A stretch of 32,000 nt of DNA from Prochlorococcus marinus subsp. pastoris str. CCMP1986 (GTDB taxonomy: Bacteria; Cyanobacteriota; Cyanobacteriia; PCC-6307; Cyanobiaceae). Position 1 is the first letter of the stretch; every line of letters begins with the position of its first letter. A program made the position numbers and the translations under genes. The stretch spans positions 1,260,001-1,292,000 of the forward strand of contig NC_005072.1 in the NCBI RefSeq assembly GCF_000011465.1, in the 5' to 3' direction. This document shows positions 1 to 10,657 of the stretch, one piece after another. Below the pieces are notes generated by a model that saw only the letters and a program-made list of their open reading frames with translations, did no database searches and was not told the origin of the DNA.

Positions 1-1
1 T

Positions 2-880
2 GTATTACTAAAAGAAAAAAGAAAAAATGAAACGATTGATAAGAACCAAGTTTTCCCTAAACGAGAAATTAACTTTTTAAACACAATAGAATTTCAAGGT
101 ATTGATATATGGTTCCCACTTTTGCATGGTGTAAATGGAGAAGATGGAGCAATTCATGGTTTATTAAAATTTACCCAAAAGCCCATAGTAGGAGGAGGAA
201 TTTTAGGTTCTGCTCTTGGCATGGATAAAATATTAATGAAAAAAATATTTTCACATCTAGAAATTCCCCAAGTAAATTATTTAGATATTCAAAATCAAGA
301 TCTTAGTGATGATAAAGTAAAAAATAATTTATCTGTTGAGATTATTGAAAAATTAAAGTTACCAGTTTTTGTTAAACCTGCTAATTCAGGCTCATCACTT
401 GGTATTTCGAAGGCCAAAACTAGATCAGAAATAATTAAAGCATTACAAAAGGCTTGGGAAATAGACTCCAGAATTGTTATCGAGGAAGGTTTAGATGTTA
501 GAGAACTTGAATGCGGAATAATTGGTAATTTAAAACTTACCGCATCTGAAATCGGTGAAGTTTCTTATTCAACCGATTGGTACGATTATGATTCAAAATA
601 TTCGATGGATAATCAAATAATTATTCCAGCTGATATTGATTCTCAAATCTCTGAACAAATTAAAGATATTGCTATTAGAAGTTGTAGAGCATTAAATATT
701 TACGGTTTCGCAAGGGTTGATTTCTTTTTAGAAAAGATTTCAAATAAAATTTTTCTGAATGAAATAAATACAATTCCTGGTTTTACTAGTAAAAGTATGT
801 TTCCAATGCTTTGGAATGCTTCAGGTTTAAATATTGATCAACTTGTAGCTAAACTAGTTGATATATCATCAGATTTATAG
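2..880 (+). CDS. ddl: D-alanine--D-alanine ligase (5' end lies outside the window)
   Basis: The frame of ORF 122..880 stays open back to nt 2 (..IDIWFPLLHGVNGEDGAIHGLL..), so the TTG at 122 is not the start. ATP-grasp Ddl motifs are visible: FVKPANSGSSLGISKA, ARVDFFL, LNEINTIPGFTSKSMFP. Confidence 0.9.
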   Translation, partial: VLLKEKRKNETIDKNQVFPKREINFLNTIEFQGIDIWFPLLHGVNGEDGAIHGLLKFTQKPIVGGGILGSALGMDKILMKKIFSHLEIPQVNYLDIQNQDLSDDKVKNNLSVEIIEKLKLPVFVKPANSGSSLGISKAKTRSEIIKALQKAWEIDSRIVIEEGLDVRELECGIIGNLKLTASEIGEVSYSTDWYDYDSKYSMDNQIIIPADIDSQISEQIKDIAIRSCRALNIYGFARVDFFLEKISNKIFLNEINTIPGFTSKSMFPMLWNASGLNIDQLVAKLVDISSDL

Positions 881-891
881 ATTAAAGTCAA

Positions 892-1302
892 ATGTTGCAT
901 GGACTACTTTGGTTACCATTACTTTTAATCTTCGTTCTATTAACAGCTCTCGGTTGGCTAGAAAGAAGAAGACAAAATCTTTTTAGGAATTGGGCAAGTG
1001 GTTCTGAAATTTGCAAATTAGATAGTTCTGGTGCAGCTTTTTTAAAGGATGGTGAATTAAAATGGAGTGCATTTGAAGCTGGAATATTTGAAGAAAAAGG
1101 TAGTTTTACAATAAAGAAACTAGAACTAGTAGAGTTAATGGCCCTTACCTCAGGAGAAGCACCTTTAACCAATGAATCACAAGGTAAGTGTAGGCTCAGG
1201 CTCGTTGGGGATGGGAAAGAGATGGATGTTCCATTTTCAGATGCAGAGAGAGCTAGAGAGTGGATGGATCAACTGATGGAAAAAGCTAGATGTGATTTGT
1301 GA
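892..1302 (+). CDS. conserved hypothetical membrane-anchored protein embedded between ddl and ftsQ
   Basis: ATG start 11 nt after the ddl stop. N-terminal hydrophobic helix LLWLPLLLIFVLLTALGWL followed by RRRQ. Its TGA stop overlaps the GTG start of ftsQ (GTGA at 1299-1302). No catalytic motif recognised. Confidence 0.6.
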   Translation: MLHGLLWLPLLLIFVLLTALGWLERRRQNLFRNWASGSEICKLDSSGAAFLKDGELKWSAFEAGIFEEKGSFTIKKLELVELMALTSGEAPLTNESQGKCRLRLVGDGKEMDVPFSDAERAREWMDQLMEKARCDL

Positions 1303-2024
1303 AGGATAAACAAAAATTAAAGAATAAAAGGTTTTTTTTGTTAATTACCTTTTTATTTTTTACAAGTTATGCAACCTCTAAAATTTTCAAAAATGTTAAT
1401 TACCAAGATGTTTCTATAGTTGGTAGCGAATTATTTTCTATCGAGGATATAGTTGTAAACTCATCTCTAAATTTCCCTACCTCGTTGATATTTGTCAAAA
1501 GCTCATACACAGAAAGAGAATTAAAAAAGAATTTATCTCTAAAGAATGTTTCAGTTTTTAGACAAATATTCCCTTTTGGTTTAAAAATTCTAATTAAAAC
1601 AAGAACTCCAATAGCTTATGGCGAACGGCTTTTTAAAGGGGAAAAAATAACTGGTTTTATTGATGAAGATGGTTTCTTCATCAGTCTAAAATATTCAGAT
1701 CAAGAAAATTTGAATAAAATAACTAGTAAAGTTTTTGGATGGAAAGAAAACTTTAGAGAGACACTATCAAAAATTTTGAATTACCAAAAATATAACGATG
1801 TTGAATTCATTACAATAACTTTCTCCCCTAATGGCTTTTTAACTTTAGAGGAAAAAAGTCTTAAAACAATATTGTTAGGATTTAATCCAAAAAGAATAGA
1901 AAATCAATTACAAATAGTAAATAATATGAAAAACCAAATAAGAGAAAATAATATCTTAGAAAAAATAGATAATATCGACCTAATTGACCCCAACAATCCA
2001 AAAATTAAAGTGTTCAAACCCTAA
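1299..2024 (+). CDS. ftsQ: cell division protein FtsQ (POTRA-containing septal protein)
   Basis: Lies immediately upstream of ftsZ. Basic N-terminus followed by one TM helix (FFLLITFLFFTSYA), then a POTRA-like segment (VSIVGSELFSIEDI). GTG start; there is no in-frame ATG near the N-terminus. Confidence 0.8.
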   Translation: MKDKQKLKNKRFFLLITFLFFTSYATSKIFKNVNYQDVSIVGSELFSIEDIVVNSSLNFPTSLIFVKSSYTERELKKNLSLKNVSVFRQIFPFGLKILIKTRTPIAYGERLFKGEKITGFIDEDGFFISLKYSDQENLNKITSKVFGWKENFRETLSKILNYQKYNDVEFITITFSPNGFLTLEEKSLKTILLGFNPKRIENQLQIVNNMKNQIRENNILEKIDNIDLIDPNNPKIKVFKP

Positions 2025-2201
2025 TAATTGAAAACAAATTTCATAAAAGTTTTTTTGATTAGATCAGTAATTGAAAGGGTTTCGGTTATTCACTCAAATT
2101 TTTGACAAGTTAATATTTAAGGACTTTCTTCAAGAAAATCCTACATATCAGCTTAGTGAGTTCATAATGCATCCAATACTAGTATTTGATTTTATTTAGA
2201 G

Positions 2202-3317
2202 ATGAGCTTCGGAAACAATCCAAACTTTGATCAATCAAAAGACATCCTTCCAAGTCAGAATGCCAAAATTGAAGTAATTGGTGTCGGGGGTGGTGGGAGT
2301 AATGCTGTAAACAGGATGATTGATAGTGATCTTGAAGGCGTTTCATTCAGAGTTTTAAATACTGATGCGCAAGCATTATTACAATCTTCTGCAGATCGTA
2401 GAGTTCAACTAGGTCAGAACTTAACAAGAGGTCTTGGAGCAGGAGGGAATCCAAGTATTGGTCAAAAAGCTGCTGAGGAATCTAAAGATGAATTGCAACA
2501 AACCTTAGAGGGCTCTGACTTGGTTTTTATTGCTGCAGGTATGGGAGGAGGAACTGGGACAGGAGCGGCTCCAGTAGTTGCTGAGGTTGCAAAGCAAAGT
2601 GGTGCTTTAACTGTTGGGATAGTAACCAAGCCATTTTCATTTGAAGGTAAAAGGAGAATGCGTCAGGCAGAAGAAGGGATTGCAAGATTAGCAGAAAACG
2701 TTGATACGCTTATTGTGATTCCAAATGATCGTTTAAAAGACGTAATTGCAGGAGCTCCACTTCAAGAAGCCTTTAGAAATGCTGATGATGTTTTAAGGAT
2801 GGGAGTTAAAGGTATAAGTGACATAATTACATGCCCTGGATTAGTTAACGTTGATTTTGCTGATGTTAGGTCTGTAATGACTGAAGCTGGCACTGCCCTG
2901 CTTGGTATAGGTATTGGTTCTGGTAGATCTAGAGCATTAGAGGCTGCTCAAGCCGCAATGAATAGTCCTTTACTAGAAGCGGCAAGAATTGATGGAGCTA
3001 AAGGTTGTGTGATAAATATTACAGGTGGGAAAGATATGACATTAGAAGATATGACCTCAGCTTCAGAAATTATTTATGATGTTGTAGATCCAGAAGCAAA
3101 CATAATAGTAGGTGCTGTTATAGATGAATCAATGGAAGGCGAAATACAGGTAACTGTTATTGCAACAGGTTTCGAAACCAATCAACCGTTAAAACAACAA
3201 AGGATTAAAAATAGATTATCTAATCAGCCACTTTATAATATTTCTGATAATAAAGACACAGGTACTAATATTCCAGAGTTTTTAAGATTAAGGCAGAATA
3301 AAAAAGATATCGAATAA
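2202..3317 (+). CDS. ftsZ: cell division GTPase FtsZ
   Basis: Tubulin signature [11 protein letters not shown], plus [14 protein letters not shown] and NTDAQAL, and the T7 loop region NVDFADV. Confidence 0.98.
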   Translation: MSFGNNPNFDQSKDILPSQNAKIEVIGVGGGGSNAVNRMIDSDLEGVSFRVLNTDAQALLQSSADRRVQLGQNLTRGLGAGGNPSIGQKAAEESKDELQQTLEGSDLVFIAAGMGGGTGTGAAPVVAEVAKQSGALTVGIVTKPFSFEGKRRMRQAEEGIARLAENVDTLIVIPNDRLKDVIAGAPLQEAFRNADDVLRMGVKGISDIITCPGLVNVDFADVRSVMTEAGTALLGIGIGSGRSRALEAAQAAMNSPLLEAARIDGAKGCVINITGGKDMTLEDMTSASEIIYDVVDPEANIIVGAVIDESMEGEIQVTVIATGFETNQPLKQQRIKNRLSNQPLYNISDNKDTGTNIPEFLRLRQNKKDIE

Positions 3318-3332
3318 TCGCTAAAATTAAGT

Positions 3333-3426
3333 GACTCGGTTATCTCGCCTGCCTCAAGCATCCCTTGTGGCTGCTACCTTCCGATCCTGACCAGGTTTGG
3401 GCGTTAAAACCGCGAAAGGCCGAGTC
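3333..3426 (-). ncRNA. ffs: signal recognition particle RNA (small 4.5S-type SRP RNA)
   Basis: A G+C-rich island in an AT-rich spacer. The minus strand reads ACCUGGUCAGGAUCGGAAGGUAGCAGCCACAAGG. This matches the universally conserved SRP domain IV of E. coli 4.5S RNA (ACCAGGUCAGGUCCGGAAGGAAGCAGCCAAGG), including the GGAA tetraloop (plus-strand ttcc at 3379-3382). The ends GACUCGG (3426-3420) and CCGAGUC (3339-3333) pair to close the hairpin. Exact 5' and 3' ends are uncertain by a few nt. Confidence 0.85.
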
Positions 3427-3471
3427 TTAAATATATTAGCAATTTTTGATAAAAAAAGATACATAGCTTTT

Positions 3472-4245
3472 ATGTTGCCATCAGAACTAGTTAAATATAA
3501 AAAAAAATCTCAAAAGATTATTGCATTAACTGCATGGGATTCTATTTCAGGTTCTCTAGCTGAACATTCAGGAGCAGATATTGTTCTAGTGGGAGACTCT
3601 TTAGCAATGGTCTGTTTGGGATACAAATCGACCTTGCCTGTTACGTTAGAGAATATGATTTATCATACAAATGCAGTTTCTAGAGGGTTCAGCAAAGAAA
3701 TAGAAGAACAGTCATTATTAGTATGTGATATGCCTTTTCTTACTTATCAATGCGGAGAAAACAAGGCAGTGGAATATGCAGGAAAAATAATTAAGAATAC
3801 TTATGCAAAGGCAGTAAAAGTTGAGGGCGCTGATCCAGAGGTACAGAATGTTATTTCAAGACTCATAAGGATGGGAATTCCTGTCATGGGTCATTTAGGG
3901 CTTACTCCACAAAGCTATTTGAATCTAGGATTTAAACAACAAGGGAACAATTCAGAAAGTCACGAAAAAATCAAACGAGATGCTTTATCACTAGAAAAAT
4001 TAGGATGTTTTTCTATAGTTTTAGAACATATTCCAGAATTACTTGCTAAAGAAATTCAAACCGAATTAGAAATACCAACAATAGGTATAGGTGCAGGAAA
4101 ATTTTGTGATGGACAAGTAAGAGTTACTGCTGATTTATTAGGACTAAATGATAAGCAACCTCCATTTTGTAGACCAATTATTGATGGAAAAAAAATTTTT
4201 GGTGAAAAACTAAAAGAATGGGTAGCAGCCGAAAAGCTCAATTAA
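3472..4245 (+). CDS. panB: 3-methyl-2-oxobutanoate hydroxymethyltransferase (ketopantoate hydroxymethyltransferase)
   Basis: Motifs ALTAWD, VGDSLAMV, KVEG and MGHLGLTPQS. I start it at the ATG at 3472, because the track's TTG start at 3397 would run through the SRP RNA gene. Confidence 0.92.
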   Translation: MLPSELVKYKKKSQKIIALTAWDSISGSLAEHSGADIVLVGDSLAMVCLGYKSTLPVTLENMIYHTNAVSRGFSKEIEEQSLLVCDMPFLTYQCGENKAVEYAGKIIKNTYAKAVKVEGADPEVQNVISRLIRMGIPVMGHLGLTPQSYLNLGFKQQGNNSESHEKIKRDALSLEKLGCFSIVLEHIPELLAKEIQTELEIPTIGIGAGKFCDGQVRVTADLLGLNDKQPPFCRPIIDGKKIFGEKLKEWVAAEKLN

Positions 4246-5464
4246 ATTTTTCCCACCATCTAAACATTGAAACAAGAATTTGATTGCTTAATTCCATCCC
4301 TTTTGGATCACTTAAAAAAAATCTGTTACCTCTTTTAATTAAAAGGCCACTTTCCAGGAAGGGTTCCCATGCTTTTAGTAACTTTTTTAAAGCTATTTTG
4401 GACTTTTTATTATCCCAATTTTGTTCGTTTAATAAGTTATAAATATTGATACCCTCTTTAAGTCTCATTCCTAACATGATTTTCTCATCCAATTCTTTAT
4501 AAATATTTTCTTGGTTAATTAGTGAATGTTCTAATTTGATTTCGCATTGCTTAGTTACCCATTTTTTATAATCTTTACTAATTCTTGGCCTTGTAAAATT
4601 CTCTCCCCAAGGAGAACTAGTCGACCCTTGACCAAAACTCCACCATCCAAGACCTTTCCAATAAACTCTATTATGTCTTGATTGATGTCCAGGGATAGAG
4701 TAATTAGAAATTTCATATCTTGAATAACCTGAAGCTTTTAAAATAAAGTTTGTTAACTCACTATTTTTAAAAGCATCATCATCCTTTGGTAAAGATAGTT
4801 TACCTAAATCAACTAATTTCTTAAAAACCGTTCCATTCTCGATACTTAAATCATAAATTGATATGTGTGGAGGAAAAAACTTTAACGATTGTTTTAAGTC
4901 TTCTTGCCATTCTTTAAAACCACTTCTTGGTAAATTTTGAATTAAATCCAAACTCCAACTTTTTATAAAACCATGATTATATGCTCTCTTTAACCAAAAA
5001 CAAGATTTTTCTACATCCTTGCTGCAATGTCTTCTTCCCGCCTGTTCTAAGACCTGATTATTAAAACTTTGAACTCCAAGACTAAATCTATTAATCCCAG
5101 CCTTTATAAAGCCATATAGATCATCTTCATTAAAACTAGCTGGATCAACTTCCATTGTGATTTCAGCACCATAATCAATTTTATAATTCTCCTTAAAAAG
5201 ATTTATTAAATCTTTAATCTGTAAGGGATTTAAAATTGAAGGAGTTCCTCCACCGATATAAATTGTTGAAAGAGGAGATTTATGTTTGATTGATAATATT
5301 TCTTTATTTAAATAGGTCAAATATTCTTTAACGGTTTTACTCCCATATCCCTCTAAACTTTCGATTTTATTACCTAAAGGTATAACTGCAAAATCACAAT
5401 AGAAACATCGTCTGTGGCAAAAAGGTATGTGTACGTAAGCACTTCTAGGCAATTTATTCATCAT
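4238..5464 (-). CDS. hemW: radical SAM HemN-like protein, probably heme chaperone HemW rather than a true coproporphyrinogen III oxidase
   Basis: Radical-SAM cluster motif HIPFCHRRCFYCDF (CxxxCxxC). The fourth Cys typical of HemN is absent (F in its place). GGGTPS motif present. Size 408 aa. Confidence 0.88.
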   Translation of the reverse strand: MMNKLPRSAYVHIPFCHRRCFYCDFAVIPLGNKIESLEGYGSKTVKEYLTYLNKEILSIKHKSPLSTIYIGGGTPSILNPLQIKDLINLFKENYKIDYGAEITMEVDPASFNEDDLYGFIKAGINRFSLGVQSFNNQVLEQAGRRHCSKDVEKSCFWLKRAYNHGFIKSWSLDLIQNLPRSGFKEWQEDLKQSLKFFPPHISIYDLSIENGTVFKKLVDLGKLSLPKDDDAFKNSELTNFILKASGYSRYEISNYSIPGHQSRHNRVYWKGLGWWSFGQGSTSSPWGENFTRPRISKDYKKWVTKQCEIKLEHSLINQENIYKELDEKIMLGMRLKEGINIYNLLNEQNWDNKKSKIALKKLLKAWEPFLESGLLIKRGNRFFLSDPKGMELSNQILVSMFRWWEKFN

Positions 5465-5559
5465 GCAAACAAAATATAAAGCTTAAAAAAAAAACATAGA
5501 GGAGTTTTAAAAATAAAATCTTTATTTACTCAATTAATAAATCCTAGTAGATTATATAT

Positions 5560-6669
5560 ATGACGGATATCTTAGTACTAATTTTATTTGTATTGTCTGG
5601 AGCGGCATCAGGATGGCTTGGGGTTGATCTTCTACCAATAGACATACTTAAACAAGTCTCTAATGTAGAAGGTTTTAGAATTGTACTAGCCATAATAGGA
5701 TTTTTTATTGGATTAGCAGCAGGTTTTGTATTTTTACAGCTTAGAAAGACATTCCTTGATCAAATACGTACAATGCCTACGGATTTGTTAATAAGCAGAG
5801 CGGTAGGGTTGATTTTAGGATTACTTGTTGCAAATCTACTACTTGCTCCAATATTGTTGATTCCATTTCCAAGGGAAGTATTTTTTGCAAAACCTTTAGC
5901 AGCCATTCTTAGTAATTTTTTCTTTGGGGCACTTGGTTATAAATTAGCTGATACTCATGGCAGGACATTGTTAAGACTATTTAACCCTACTAATACTGAC
6001 GCTTATTTAGTAAATGAAGGAATAATTCCAGCAGCAAGTCCAAAAATTCTTGATACTAGTGTAATTATTGATGGAAGGATAAATGGTTTATTAAGCTGTG
6101 GATTACTTGAAGGTCAATTAATTGTGGCCCAAAGTGTAATTGATGAACTACAAACCTTAGCTGACTCTAGTAGTAATGAAAAAAGAGGAAAAGGAAGAAG
6201 AGGTCTTAAATTATTAAAAGAGCTGAGAGAACTATATGGAAGGAGACTTGTAATAAACCCAACTAAATATGAGGGGAATGGGGTAGATGAAAAACTTCTA
6301 AGAATTACGGAGGATATGGCAGGTACTTTAATTACGGCAGATTATAATCTTTCCCAAATTGCAGAAGTAAAAGAATTAAAAGTTATGAATTTGAGCGATT
6401 TAGTTATAGCTTTAAGGCCAGAAGTACAGCCTGGAGAATCACTTAATATAAAAATAGTCAGAGAGGGTAAAGAAAAATTGCAAGGAATTGGATATTTAGA
6501 TGATGGGACAATGGTCGTAATTGATGATGCAAAGAAATTTGTGGGAGAAAGATTAGATATAGTTATTACTGGTGCATTGCAATCGCCCACTGGAAGAATG
6601 GTATTTGGGAAATTGATAAATAATCCTGAGTCAAACAAATCTTTTAAATCTCCAGCGACACAGGGCTAA
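5560..6669 (+). CDS. integral-membrane PIN + TRAM domain protein (YacL-like putative RNase)
   Basis: About four N-terminal TM helices. PIN core ILDTSVIIDGRINGLL..VIDELQTLADSS..RGKGRRGLKLL. C-terminal TRAM-like beta domain (GESLNIKIVREGKEKLQGIGYLDDGTMVVI..RMVFGK). Confidence 0.85.
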   Translation: MTDILVLILFVLSGAASGWLGVDLLPIDILKQVSNVEGFRIVLAIIGFFIGLAAGFVFLQLRKTFLDQIRTMPTDLLISRAVGLILGLLVANLLLAPILLIPFPREVFFAKPLAAILSNFFFGALGYKLADTHGRTLLRLFNPTNTDAYLVNEGIIPAASPKILDTSVIIDGRINGLLSCGLLEGQLIVAQSVIDELQTLADSSSNEKRGKGRRGLKLLKELRELYGRRLVINPTKYEGNGVDEKLLRITEDMAGTLITADYNLSQIAEVKELKVMNLSDLVIALRPEVQPGESLNIKIVREGKEKLQGIGYLDDGTMVVIDDAKKFVGERLDIVITGALQSPTGRMVFGKLINNPESNKSFKSPATQG

Positions 6670-6709
6670 ATATAGCTAGAATCATACTAGTATTTATTTT
6701 GTAGAACAT

Positions 6710-7372
6710 ATGACTGTATCTGCTCCTTATTACGGCGAGAATACCGCTATGAGGACTCCGCCACCAGATTTACCTTCTCTTCTGCTAAAGGAGAGAATTG
6801 TATACCTAGGATTACCGTTATTTTCAGACGATGACGCTAAAAGACAATTAGGAATGGATGTTACCGAGCTAATTATTGCTCAACTCCTATATTTAGAATT
6901 TGATGATCCAGACAAACCTATTTATTTTTATATAAATTCAACAGGCACTAGCTGGTATACCGGAGATGCGGTTGGTTTTGAAACAGAAGCTTTTGCTATT
7001 TGCGATACCATCAACTACATTAAACCTCCTATTCATACAATTTGTATTGGACAAGCAATGGGAACAGCGGCAGTTATATTGTCTTCAGGGACTAAAGGGC
7101 ATAGAGCAGCTCTTCCTCATGCTTCTATTGTTCTTCATCAACCAATTAGCGGAGCTAGAGGGCAAGCAACTGATATCCAAATAAGGGCAGAAGAGGTGTT
7201 AAAAAATAAAAAATCAATGCTGGAGATCTTATCACGCAACACCGGTAAAAGTATTGAAGAGCTTTCGAAAGATTCTGACAGGATGAGTTATCTTAACCCT
7301 CAAGAAGCTTTAGATTATGGAGTGATAGATAGGATACTCACAAGTCAAAAAGATTTACCTAATAACATTTAA
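6710..7372 (+). CDS. clpR: ClpR, catalytically inactive ClpP paralog
   Basis: ClpP fold (IYFYINS, IVLHQP, YGVIDRI). The active-site Ser is replaced by Gly: GQAMGTAA aligns with GLAASMGA of the next gene, codon 7061-7063. The catalytic Asp is replaced by Met: DSDRMSYL aligns with DTDRDYFL. There is a 9-aa insertion after INS. Confidence 0.9.
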   Translation: MTVSAPYYGENTAMRTPPPDLPSLLLKERIVYLGLPLFSDDDAKRQLGMDVTELIIAQLLYLEFDDPDKPIYFYINSTGTSWYTGDAVGFETEAFAICDTINYIKPPIHTICIGQAMGTAAVILSSGTKGHRAALPHASIVLHQPISGARGQATDIQIRAEEVLKNKKSMLEILSRNTGKSIEELSKDSDRMSYLNPQEALDYGVIDRILTSQKDLPNNI

Positions 7373-7405
7373 TCCTTACTTTTAACTCACTACTTTTTTA
7401 AAATT

Positions 7406-8011
7406 ATGCCAATAGGAACTCCAAGCGTGCCGTATAGACTACCAGGAAGTCAATACGAAAGATGGGTAGACATTTATACAAGATTGGGTGTTGAGAGGAT
7501 TTTATTTCTCGGACAAGAAGTTAATGATGGAATTGCGAACAGCTTAGTTGCTCAAATGCTATACCTTGATTCTGATGATAATACAAAACCTATTTATCTT
7601 TACATAAACAGTCCTGGCGGATCAGTCACTGCTGGTTTAGCAATATATGACACTATCAAATACGTTAAGAGCGATGTAGTCACTATATGCGTAGGTCTTG
7701 CAGCCTCAATGGGAGCATTTTTATTGGGAGCTGGTACTAAAGGTAAAAGGGTTGCTCTTCCTCATAGTCGAATTATGATTCATCAACCACTGGGAGGGAC
7801 TTCACAACGTCAGGCTAGCGATATTGAAATAGAAGCTAGAGAAATACTGAGAATTAAAGATATGTTGAATCACTCTATGTCTGATATGACAGGACAATCC
7901 TTTGAAAAAATAGAGAAAGATACTGATAGAGATTATTTTCTAAGTGCTGAAGAAGCTAAAAACTATGGGCTAATAGATAGAGTAATTTCACATCCAAGCG
8001 AGGCGAGCTAG
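7406..8011 (+). CDS. clpP: ATP-dependent Clp protease proteolytic subunit (ClpP3-type, partner of ClpR)
   Basis: Complete Ser-His-Asp triad context: [40 protein letters not shown]. Starts 33 nt downstream of clpR. Confidence 0.95.
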   Translation: MPIGTPSVPYRLPGSQYERWVDIYTRLGVERILFLGQEVNDGIANSLVAQMLYLDSDDNTKPIYLYINSPGGSVTAGLAIYDTIKYVKSDVVTICVGLAASMGAFLLGAGTKGKRVALPHSRIMIHQPLGGTSQRQASDIEIEAREILRIKDMLNHSMSDMTGQSFEKIEKDTDRDYFLSAEEAKNYGLIDRVISHPSEAS

Positions 8012-8023
8012 CTCTTATTATCT

Positions 8024-8049
8024 AAAATTAATATTTAAATATTAATTTT
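8024..8049. repeat. perfect 26-nt all-A/T palindrome just downstream of clpP3 (possible weak terminator or binding site)
   Basis: aaaattaatattt|aaatattaatttt is self-complementary at every one of its 13 pairs, checked base by base. A fifth T follows at 8050. It lies 13 nt after the clpP3 stop. Confidence 0.5.
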
Positions 8050-8072
8050 TAAATGAGCAATTATATGGTTTA

Positions 8073-8100
8073 TTTACACCTTTAATGTCTAAAATATTAA
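8073..8100 (+). promoter_or_regulatory. candidate sigma70-type promoter for ilvC
   Basis: TTTACA (8073-8078), a 16-nt spacer, then TATTAA (8095-8100), about 28 nt upstream of the ilvC ATG. Matches like this arise easily by chance in AT-rich DNA. Confidence 0.25.
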
Positions 8101-8115
8101 CTATCAAAAGTTTAG

Positions 8116-10118
<2,003 letters not shown>

Positions 10119-10175
10119 ATCCTAATTCAATGAAATTTGTTTTAAGTAACTATCATTATTAAAAAGACAATTTTC

Positions 10176-10442
10176 ATGAAAGAAGAAAAACCCCCATTAA
10201 AAAATTCGGATAATAGTCCTACTGAAAATCTAAAGGAAGAGACAAATAATACATCTTCTGATAATGAATATTCAAAATGGGTTGATAATCAAGGTGATGA
10301 AGTAAAAGATGTTTTTGGATTTAATAGTAGTGCCGAACTTGTTAATGGCAGAGCAGCTATGATCGGTTTTTTAATGCTCTTATTAACCGAATTAGTTTTT
10401 AAAGGAAGGCCTGTCACTTCCTCAATCTTTGGTATAAATTGA
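10176..10442 (+). CDS. hli: high-light-inducible protein (one-helix CAB/ELIP/HLIP family)
   Basis: Chlorophyll-binding helix motif AELVNGRAAMIGFLMLLLTEL near the C-terminus. Long acidic and polar N-terminal extension. Confidence 0.9.
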   Translation: MKEEKPPLKNSDNSPTENLKEETNNTSSDNEYSKWVDNQGDEVKDVFGFNSSAELVNGRAAMIGFLMLLLTELVFKGRPVTSSIFGIN

Positions 10443-10444
10443 TA

Positions 10445-10657
10445 ATGGAAGAAAAAAAATCTAATCCATTAAAAATTTTCCTATACATTTCAGCTTGGGT
10501 AATAATTTGGGGAACATTTGGTTCATTTATAGATTTCCCCCTTTATAAAAATAATATCTATCAAGAGGGGAGCATATATCAATATCTTACTTTTACAATT
10601 ACAGCAATCATTTCAATTTTGAGTGCCAAATTCTTTTATAAAAAAATTAAACTATAA
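10445..10657 (+). CDS. hypothetical small membrane protein (two predicted TM helices)
   Basis: ATG 3 nt after the hli stop. Two hydrophobic stretches (IFLYISAWVIIWGTFGSFI and YLTFTITAIISILSAKFF). No recognisable motif. Confidence 0.45.
   Translation: MEEKKSNPLKIFLYISAWVIIWGTFGSFIDFPLYKNNIYQEGSIYQYLTFTITAIISILSAKFFYKKIKL

Noticed and set aside
888-1172. 94-aa minus-strand ORF opposite the 892..1302 ORF
   Set aside because: The plus-strand ORF has an ATG start, a TM helix and a stop/start overlap with ftsQ. The minus-strand frame has none of these and would be isolated against the operon direction.
2102-2107. Perfect TTGACA -35 hexamer upstream of ftsZ
   Set aside because: No acceptable -10 element lies 16-18 nt downstream (tttctt and neighbours), so I did not call a promoter.
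3397-3471. N-terminal 25-codon extension of panB from the track's TTG start
   Set aside because: It runs through the minus-strand SRP RNA gene and its G+C-rich structured sequence. The ATG at 3472 gives a normal PanB N-terminus.
4056-4241. 61-aa minus-strand ORF opposite the panB 3' end; likewise 17686..17928 (-), 25175..25396 (+) and 25456..25638 (+)
   Set aside because: All lie within or opposite confidently called genes (panB, the 336-aa ORF, lpxB, lpxA) and have no start context or motifs.
6342-7184. ORFs 6342..6638 (-) inside the PIN-TRAM gene and 6966..7184 (+, alternative frame) inside clpR
   Set aside because: Both are nested in genes with clear domain motifs. The alternative-frame clpR ORF is Leu/Phe-rich frame noise.
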